Assembly: GCA_964508365.1 (NCBI GenBank)
Contig: CAZDTP010000049.1
Location: 1-31,876 of the forward strand
DNA length: 31,876 bases
Source: an uncultured archaeon
Lineage (GTDB): Archaea; Asgardarchaeota; Lokiarchaeia; Sigyniarchaeales; SOKP01
Direction of reading: 5' to 3'
In this document: positions 1-7,139 of the stretch, piece by piece
How the letters are laid out: each line of letters opens with the position of its first letter
Numbering within the stretch: the stretch's first letter is position 1
Program-made: the position numbers and the translations under genes
Notes under the pieces: generated by a model
Database searches by the model: none
What the model was told of the DNA's origin: nothing
Seen by the model: the letters and a program-made list of their open reading frames with translations, nothing else

Positions 1-270
<270 letters not shown>

Positions 271-480
271 AATTATTTGTCGCAATAACATTGTTATTAC
301 TTAATTTTGGAATTATCTCAAAACTCACTTACTTTAAGGTTCTTAATTAAGCTTCCTTCAGTTATAATTGATTAAATTATAACTACATTTTTTATATCGC
401 ATCAATGAATTGACTTTTCATCTAACGGTATCGTACCGTAATCCAAGCTTACACCGGTAGAGATGCGAATTGTTATACTA

Positions 481-488
481 TTATATAA
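481..488 (-). promoter_or_regulatory. Candidate TATA box of the 16S rRNA promoter
   Basis: TTATATAA (self-complementary) lies about 210 nt upstream of the mature 16S 5' end, implying a leader of about 190 nt. It is a positional and consensus match only. Confidence 0.5.
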
Positions 489-613
489 GTAATATTCATT
501 TTAAATTTTTTCATTTTTCTGGTTTTTCGAAGCATTCTTCAACAAATAATCGTAGTTTAAAAATCTATGTTGAGACTTAAAAATAATAAAATAAGAAAGG
601 AGCTAACCGAAAT

Positions 614-1618
614 ATGATGGATTTAAAGGAAAAAATTGGTATTCATCTTGATCAAATTAAACAACTGAAAGGAGTAGAAAATGCAGTTTTAACTCAAAGA
701 GACGGGAACCCAATTCAATCCGCGGGAGTCTGGTTTTCTAAGGATGAGATTTTCAATGTTAGTTCTGCAACTAGCGCTATATTTAATGTAGGAATACACC
801 TACATCCAAATGATTTAAAATACATCTTAATAGAAGGGAAAAAAGCAAAAATTTTAATTGCTCCTCTCAATAGCCCAATACATTATTCTTTAAATAGAAT
901 TCTGCAGCAACAAGGAATAATCGATAATAAACACGAATTTTTTATTGCTATTACTGCACAACCTAACACCAATTTAGGGGGGATATTTCTACAAACCAAC
1001 GAATGCTTAAAAAAGATAAAAACTACATTAATTACTTCTGGTGAATCGTTTAAGCCTCCTTTAGTTCAGTTTGATGATCATCGGATTCAAAGCATAATCG
1101 AGGGTTTTGATGTGAAAGAGAATGAGAATGTAAACTTTAGAGTATCTTCATTTTCATTAAATCTTTCAGAAAGTATCTCAATGGAACTAAGAAAAGTTTT
1201 GAATAACTTCTCTATTACGATTCCAGATTTAAAATTTGCTTACATTACAATTGAGGGGGGATTTATAGCTTCTAAAATTTTAAAACAAACCGAGAATAAG
1301 GAAGATGATTTAGATAACATCTCCGCTATGAGTTATTCGCTTTTTCAAACTGCAAATCGATGTGCGTGGTTACTAAAAAAGATGAATGCAGATAGTATTT
1401 TGTTAGATTGTGAAAATAAGTTTCAATTTATTCACGGTTTGGGAAAGGCGATATTTAGTACTGAGATAGGAAAATCCAGACAAAAATTGGGCTTAATAAG
1501 GCTAATTCTTCCTCAATTTTCGACAAAAATACGAAATCTCATCAAACAAGCATCTGAAATTCAGAATCAAAATGTTTTTGATATTAAGACTATGCTTGGG
1601 GAATTAGTTATTAAATGA
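614..1618 (+). CDS. Tandem roadblock/LC7 (MglB-like) domain protein
   Basis: The N-terminal unit (LDQIKQLKGVENAVLTQRDGNPIQS...IFNVSSATSAIFNVG...ILIEGKKAKILIAP) and C-terminal unit (VLNNFSITIPDLKFAYITIEGGFIAS...ISAMSYSLFQTA...ILLDCENKFQFIHGLG) each follow the roadblock pattern. The gene lies upstream of an MglA-type GTPase. Confidence 0.85.
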   Translation: MMDLKEKIGIHLDQIKQLKGVENAVLTQRDGNPIQSAGVWFSKDEIFNVSSATSAIFNVGIHLHPNDLKYILIEGKKAKILIAPLNSPIHYSLNRILQQQGIIDNKHEFFIAITAQPNTNLGGIFLQTNECLKKIKTTLITSGESFKPPLVQFDDHRIQSIIEGFDVKENENVNFRVSSFSLNLSESISMELRKVLNNFSITIPDLKFAYITIEGGFIASKILKQTENKEDDLDNISAMSYSLFQTANRCAWLLKKMNADSILLDCENKFQFIHGLGKAIFSTEIGKSRQKLGLIRLILPQFSTKIRNLIKQASEIQNQNVFDIKTMLGELVIK

Positions 1619-1630
1619 ATAGGTGAAAAA

Positions 1631-2527
1631 ATGAGTTTCTTTAAATTCCTAGAAAGGCTAAAAGCACCAGATACATCAATAATTCTTTATAGCTTGTTAA
1701 ATAGAATACCAATAATTGTATATGGTGATGATTCGGAAGAAGTTAATAATCTTATAATAGATCTATCGGACCTAATTCATTTCCGCAAAGAATTAGTATT
1801 CTATACTGATTTTATTTCGGAGACTGAATATACTAATTTAATTATGAATGAAAACATCGATTATAACTCACAACGAACACATATAAGATGCCCTACGACT
1901 GTTGCACTTAAAGCTTTAAACCAATTTGAAAGCTTTAATTCTTGGTTAATTGGAATTGAAATACCAGAGCAAAAGGAAAAAATTCAACAGTTTATTAACA
2001 GCGTTAAAAAGAAAATTGATCTTTTCTTAAGTATTAGTTTCTTTTCAAATTCAATTTCAATAGATTTTATAGGATTAAATTGGAAGCTACTCGATCTTAC
2101 TTTTGAAAGAGAGGTATTACAAAAAATATCTCAAGACACTGAAAAATCTATAACAAAAATGAAGCGGGTTCTTTTTGAGAAAGTTAAATCAGAAGATATA
2201 GATCAAGATTTACTTCGGACACTATTAGATTTTGATGTCGAAAAAGAGGAATTGAAGCGTAATATTTTTAAAAAGGAGATACAAAATTTTTATTCTGGGT
2301 CTAAGAGAGCTTTCTTTATTTTCTCTAGGTTAAATTTATTAAATAATATTGAAATTAATACCAAAATTGGGAGTAAAACGCTTATGGAAACAATAGATTA
2401 TGATTACGCGCATATAGAGAGAATAATCTCATTTATATGTAAAGAATGGGGAGAAGATTTTTCGTCTTTAATTGAGAATGGGAAAAAAGTTAATGCTCTA
2501 GATAGTATGCAATCGTTGTGGGGGTGA
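1631..2527 (+). CDS. Uncharacterised protein with a DENN-core-like alpha/beta domain and helical C-terminus
   Basis: Long ORF with SD AGGTGA at 1621-1626. IILYSLLNRIPIIVYGDDSEEVNNLIIDLSDL and SWLIGIE resemble the DENN core pattern by eye. The CDS is secure; the family call is inference. Confidence 0.55.
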   Translation: MSFFKFLERLKAPDTSIILYSLLNRIPIIVYGDDSEEVNNLIIDLSDLIHFRKELVFYTDFISETEYTNLIMNENIDYNSQRTHIRCPTTVALKALNQFESFNSWLIGIEIPEQKEKIQQFINSVKKKIDLFLSISFFSNSISIDFIGLNWKLLDLTFEREVLQKISQDTEKSITKMKRVLFEKVKSEDIDQDLLRTLLDFDVEKEELKRNIFKKEIQNFYSGSKRAFFIFSRLNLLNNIEINTKIGSKTLMETIDYDYAHIERIISFICKEWGEDFSSLIENGKKVNALDSMQSLWG

Positions 2528-2533
2528 CTAGCA

Positions 2534-3127
2534 GTGATATATGATTATGAGAATAAGATATTACAAGTAAAAATCGTTTATTATGGCCCCGCAATGTCAG
2601 GAAAAACGACCTCAATAAAACACTTATTCTCTTATTTTAATAAGGAAGACACATTAAATTCAATTGATAGCACTGTTGGTAGAACTCTGTTCTTTGATTT
2701 TGGTGTATTGCAATTTAAAGGCTCTGAATGGAGCTTAAAATTTTTAATATATTCTGCTACTGGACAAGATTTTTATGCAAGCACCAGACCAGCAACTTTG
2801 AATGGAGTAGATGCAGTGATTTTTGTTGTTGATTCAAGAGACCATTGCTTGCATCACAATATAAGATCGTGGAATGAGCTTAAAACAATGTTCAGAAATG
2901 AATTATATAACTTACCAATGGTGATTTCATTAAATAAATCTGATTTTGAATCGAAGCAAGAAATAAGAGATCATGAATTTATAAAGATAATAAATATAAA
3001 TCAATTTAAATACATTTCTGCTAATAGAACGGTTGCAACTGAAGGAAAAGGGATATTAGATGCATTTAATCGCATTATAACATTCATATTTCCAGAATTA
3101 ACATTAAAAATGAGTATAACAAATTAG
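2534..3127 (+). CDS. Small GTPase, MglA type
   Basis: VKIVYYGPAMSGKTT (G1), GRTLFFDF (G2 region), YSATGQDFYASTR (G3 equivalent of MglA TVPGQ), GVDAVIFVVDS and NKSD (G4). GTG start with SD GGGGTGA. Confidence 0.92.
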   Translation: MIYDYENKILQVKIVYYGPAMSGKTTSIKHLFSYFNKEDTLNSIDSTVGRTLFFDFGVLQFKGSEWSLKFLIYSATGQDFYASTRPATLNGVDAVIFVVDSRDHCLHHNIRSWNELKTMFRNELYNLPMVISLNKSDFESKQEIRDHEFIKIININQFKYISANRTVATEGKGILDAFNRIITFIFPELTLKMSITN

Positions 3128-3138
3128 TATTTTTATTT

Positions 3139-3315
3139 CTAAATTTTTTCATACATGTTTTTAGAAAGTCTTTTAATAAATCCTTGTTTGTGAAATTGTT
3201 TTAACAAATTTCGAACTTTTCTAACTTCCTGCGTATCTACTCCGAGTATACCTATTAACTGAAATATTGAAAACTGTTTTGGCAATTGTTCCTTGATGCT
3301 ATTATACACTCCCAT
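3139..3315 (-). CDS. Small winged-helix protein, 58 aa (below the ORF-track cutoff)
   Basis: Manual translation: MGVYNSIKEQLPKQFSIFQLIGILGVDTQEVRKVRNLLKQFHKQGFIKRLSKNMYEKI*. It has a helix-turn-helix followed by the typical wing (L..L.K.G.I.R.....Y). Confidence 0.75.
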   Translation of the reverse strand: MGVYNSIKEQLPKQFSIFQLIGILGVDTQEVRKVRNLLKQFHKQGFIKRLSKNMYEKI

Positions 3316-3693
3316 TTCTATTTACTCAAAAGGTGATATTCTATAGTATTATGTAAAATGATCAAGAATTTATATAAATTACTAAACTTAGTTAATTCGA
3401 TATTTAGATTTTATTGGTTTTTATAATCCTCAATGTAACTATAATATTTCATTCCTATTTTTTATAAGTCATGTATATTAGTTATTTTCATAGAATTTTT
3501 ATAACCGTAGGGAACTCCTAATAAATAATGATTTTTATTTTCTTTATTCTCATAATGTTCTTTAAAGAGTATTATTAAAATATTCAATAACCCTAGATCC
3601 TTCGTAGCTATCAAGTATTGCTTATCTTAAAGAGATTTAAAATATTGTAATAAATATATGATCGTCGAAATGGTTAAATAGCGATAAGAAAGT

Positions 3694-4374
3694 TTAAAAC
3701 TTTGGGATATCTCTACTGAAATTATCTCCAACTGGTGCTTTTCCATCCCCATATATCTGATATAATCCAGTTCTTCTCGCGCATTCGCTAAAACTTCTAT
3801 AGATATCCAATTTCTTCTCGTATAATGCACAAGTTTTATAAATTATAGGATTCCATATATATAACTCGTGATCTGGTTCATGCCAGAGCTTTTCTTCTTT
3901 GAGAACTTGCTTAAAATCTTCTTCTCCTATCGTTTCATTAAGATCTTGCTTATTTAGCATAGTTATAAGCGGAATTTCGTTTATTAATTTCCCCCTAGTA
4001 ATATTTTTTAGTTCTTTTAAAGATTCAATATTATCTTCAAAGAAGTGAGTTTGCGAATCAACTACGAAAATCACCCCATCAGTACCCTTGAAAATCTTTT
4101 TTCTTAATGGAGAGAATCTACTTTGCCCAGCAACAGTATAAACATGATAATATACCTTGTTCTGTTTAGTTGATTGAAAAATTCCACGATCGAAATATAA
4201 AGTAGACCCGCTCGCCATCGATATTTTAGTTAAATTTCCAGTTGGTGTAATATCTTTTTTTTGTTCTTTTGTAAGTCTGTATAACGTGTCTACTATCGTT
4301 GTTTTTCCAGAGCCTCCCATACCCCAGTAAAGAATTTTTATATAAATATTATGATCTGCAGTCCAACGAACCAT
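3694..4374 (-). CDS. Small GTPase, MglA type (second paralogue)
   Basis: IKILYWGMGGSGKTT (G1), GSTLYFDRG, YTVAGQSRF, KIFKGTDGVIFVVDSQ, NKQD (G4) and TCA (G5). Confidence 0.92.
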   Translation of the reverse strand: MVRWTADHNIYIKILYWGMGGSGKTTIVDTLYRLTKEQKKDITPTGNLTKISMASGSTLYFDRGIFQSTKQNKVYYHVYTVAGQSRFSPLRKKIFKGTDGVIFVVDSQTHFFEDNIESLKELKNITRGKLINEIPLITMLNKQDLNETIGEEDFKQVLKEEKLWHEPDHELYIWNPIIYKTCALYEKKLDIYRSFSECARRTGLYQIYGDGKAPVGDNFSRDIPKF

Positions 4375-4620
4375 AGAAAGAACCTCATTAATCTAAAACG
4401 ATTTTATTGACCGTAAAATACATTTTTATTACTAGATATATCTCTCTGGTCTTTATAAAATAATATTATTAAATATTAATATAATTAAGCATTTATAACT
4501 TTATTTTAGTTATCATTTCTTAAGCATAAAGGAGATTGATTTTACTGCTTTTTTTATCTTAAGAAGTAAATTTGGTCGAAATACAATAATATAAGATTTT
4601 CGTTCATTATTTTTAATTGC

Positions 4621-4872
4621 TCAACACAAAAGGTCCTGAATAATCGCAAAATATTTCCCTTGCCTAATATTGTAGTTACACCATAAAATGATTTCATTGT
4701 ATAATTTTCCGCTATAGTTTTCTCTTGCAATATGGTTAATAATATCAGAATACATTATTTCTCTCTTTCCTTTAATAATTAGATTGATTTTTTTAAAAAT
4801 TTTTTCCAATAAATCAAGATGGGATGAAGAAATATCTACTTTCCTTTTATATAGTCCTTGAATTTGATTCAT
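4621..4872 (-). CDS. Hypothetical protein, 83 aa, possibly a small winged helix
   Basis: ATG start with a GGAG SD-like motif upstream. It fills an intergenic gap without overlap. No family was recognised with confidence. Confidence 0.6.
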   Translation of the reverse strand: MNQIQGLYKRKVDISSSHLDLLEKIFKKINLIIKGKREIMYSDIINHIARENYSGKLYNEIILWCNYNIRQGKYFAIIQDLLC

Positions 4873-5114
4873 TTTAATTTCTCCTTTGTTGATATTTTAA
4901 TTTAGGAGATTTATATCTCATTAAATTATACTTCGAATTAAAGGATAAAAATGGCATTTTTTTTTAATTCCAATTATCTCTCAGTCTGGCTCTAAAATGA
5001 TTTTATGAACTCCAAAGAAAAATTATTCTACTTAAAGTGACAAGGAATCTACAAAATTGAGATAAAAGCCTGATTTATTTAGTACTTTATATTCCTTGTC
5101 TTTTAGGTGATAGA

Positions 5115-6137
5115 ATGGAAATTAATACAAAAGAAAGTATAGAAGAAGAAAAATGCTCTGAATGTGGTGGTCCAGTAATGACGAATTCTTACGAAATAAC
5201 ATGTAAGGATTGTGGGTTAGTATTAGATAACATATATAAAGAATCGTCATATGTTTTCGACAACATCAATACCAAGAGTAATTTGAATAAACAGTATGTT
5301 GCTTTAGGAGAAAGAATTGATTATATTGGGGGATTAGGAACTTTTATAGACTATGAGAACTCAAAATATTTAAAAGATAAAACAGGTAAGTTATTACCCC
5401 CCGATGAGCAAAAACTATATAGAAGATTAAAAAAAAACTATTCACAATTTTTAAGAATTAAAAACCATGAAACTGAATACAGGATTTTTAATATATTAAA
5501 CAAAATCTCAATCTATTTAAACTTGAATAAGAATATCAGAAATAACGCGGCATATTACTATAAAAAAATAGTTAAGAATGAAGAGAGCGTTATCAATAAT
5601 ATCTCCTTGATTGCTTTTTGCATATTCTATTCAGTTCGTAAGGAGTATCATAATGCTCCAATTACTATTAACGAAATTTCAAATGCCTTTCAAAGTTTTG
5701 GGCACCGAGTTAATCCAAGATTGATTTTAAGAGATGGAATAAGGTATAAAAATCATTTAAATAATGATACGATACCTCATAGCAGTGAGGATTACTTAAA
5801 TAGATTGATCAATAACATTATAAATCATAAAGATTTAGAGATGAGGTTAGCAAAAAAAGGTAGTGTTTGGTCCAAAGAAGATTATAAGTGTAAACTGACT
5901 AGTAAATGCAGATTGATTTTAACAAGTTTAAATAAATGGGAGCGTGGTGGACGTAACCCTTTTATTTTAACTGGCGCTACTATTTATCTAGCAGATAAAT
6001 TGCTATCGAAGGAATTCAATCAAAAAACCGTCTTAACTCAAAAATTAATTTCATTAGCAACGAACATAGCTGAATATTCTATTAGAGACCATTATGTTAA
6101 TTTACTTAAACCAATTTTCATACAAAAGGAATGCTGA
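5115..6137 (+). CDS. tfb: Transcription initiation factor IIB (TFB), divergent paralogue
   Basis: N-terminal Zn ribbon CSECGG...CKDCGLV and two cyclin-like repeats (RNNAAYYYKK...IAFCIFYSVR; GGRNPFILTGATIYLA...TQKLIS...AEYSIRDHY). SD AGGTGA. Confidence 0.88.
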   Translation: MEINTKESIEEEKCSECGGPVMTNSYEITCKDCGLVLDNIYKESSYVFDNINTKSNLNKQYVALGERIDYIGGLGTFIDYENSKYLKDKTGKLLPPDEQKLYRRLKKNYSQFLRIKNHETEYRIFNILNKISIYLNLNKNIRNNAAYYYKKIVKNEESVINNISLIAFCIFYSVRKEYHNAPITINEISNAFQSFGHRVNPRLILRDGIRYKNHLNNDTIPHSSEDYLNRLINNIINHKDLEMRLAKKGSVWSKEDYKCKLTSKCRLILTSLNKWERGGRNPFILTGATIYLADKLLSKEFNQKTVLTQKLISLATNIAEYSIRDHYVNLLKPIFIQKEC

Positions 6138-6278
6138 TTTCGTTTGCCTTGTCTTGGGCTATAATGGTATAAATTACGATAGAATTATGTTATCGTTATT
6201 CATTATAAATATTTTTTTTTAATTAAGTTTAAAATTAATTTAAGGTTTAATAAAATAATAAATTTTAATAATAAGTCT

Positions 6279-6378
6279 GCTTCTGTAGTGTAGTCCGGCC
6301 AATCTTTCTTATGAAAGAAAGGGTTTGGCATGCGAGGCTCTCACCCTCGTGACCCGGGTTCAAATCCCGGCAGAAGCA
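6279..6378 (+). tRNA. tRNA-Glu(CTC) with a 25-nt intron in the D arm
   Basis: Acceptor stem GCTTCTG/CAGAAGC, anticodon arm CGAGG-CT CTC AC-CCTCG, T arm CCGGG-TTCAAAT-CCCGG, discriminator A. The D arm GTGT..AGTCCGGCCAA..GCAT closes only after 6303-6327 is removed. Confidence 0.95.
6303..6327 (+). other. Non-canonical tRNA intron (position 21/22) with a bulge-helix-bulge-like splice motif
   Basis: Central 4-bp helix GGCC/GGTT, 3-nt bulges AAT and TGG, and intron helix CTTTCT/AGAAAG. Cleavage after the second nucleotide of each bulge gives these boundaries. Confidence 0.85.
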
Positions 6379-6407
6379 TTAATGTGAGATAATTTATATT
6401 TAAGTTC

Positions 6408-6794
6408 CTATGACAATTTAAAACTCTTAAGCTTTTCAAGAATATTCAAAAGATTATGCATAAGTTCTAAGTGTTTATTAATAGTGTGTAATTGAGTTTC
6501 ATTTTCTAGTTTATGAGCAATCCAATTAATCTTTTCAATAAGAACAGAATTTATTTCACTATCTAAATTTTTAATTTCACGTGGATTATTTACAGTTAGT
6601 TTAATATCTACATCATTCATATTAGAGTCTTTATCAACTAATAATACTTCCCTATTACATATTGCACAATAAGCAGTTCCACTTTTATTTTGAAAAATTG
6701 GATTATTACAGATAGGACACGATAAACTTAACATTTTATGACCCGATTTTAAAAGATCTGCCATAATTCTTGCGTCTTCTTTAATAAGGACCAC
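6408..6794 (-). CDS. UPF0148 / SSSCA1 (autoantigen p27) family Zn-ribbon protein
   Basis: MADLLKSGHKMLSLSCPICNNPIF...YCAICNREV followed by a C-terminal helical hairpin. Confidence 0.85.
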   Translation of the reverse strand: MVLIKEDARIMADLLKSGHKMLSLSCPICNNPIFQNKSGTAYCAICNREVLLVDKDSNMNDVDIKLTVNNPREIKNLDSEINSVLIEKINWIAHKLENETQLHTINKHLELMHNLLNILEKLKSFKLS

Positions 6795-6832
6795 TTGATT
6801 AATTCTTTATTTTAATTCTATAAATTCAATTT

Positions 6833-7033
6833 TTAGGATTGATCTCTAACTCTTATCTTCATTAAGGTAACAATATATCCTGAAATTCGATTTCTAAGAT
6901 GTTTTGAATCTACTTTAGAATAGTTATCTAATAATATCTTGTTTCTTTCAAAATCTGTCGTGAATACATTTGGATATTTACTTATTAATTCTTTTGAGAC
7001 TTTCTTTATCAAAAGGGTTCTGACTTTTCCCAC
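6833..7033 (-). CDS. rps17e: 30S ribosomal protein S17e
   Basis: MGKVRT..IKK.SKEL..KYP..FTTDFERNK...SKHLRNRISGY. Confidence 0.97.
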   Translation of the reverse strand: MGKVRTLLIKKVSKELISKYPNVFTTDFERNKILLDNYSKVDSKHLRNRISGYIVTLMKIRVRDQS

Positions 7034-7139
7034 TTTCGTTCAACAGTAACATATTTCTTAGTTTTGAATTTAAATCTTTGACAAAATAAATGTTTTTTGG
7101 AATTATCTGAGTTTTTATATTTTAATATATAAAATTGAT

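Noticed and set aside
3627-3830. 67-aa minus-strand ORF
   Set aside because: It overlaps the 3' end of the GTPase gene in another frame and has no protein-like motif.
6135-6137. TGA stops considered as selenocysteine codons (e.g. tfb ending in Cys-TGA)
   Set aside because: The proteins are complete at these stops, no selenoprotein family is present and no SECIS-like element was recognised.
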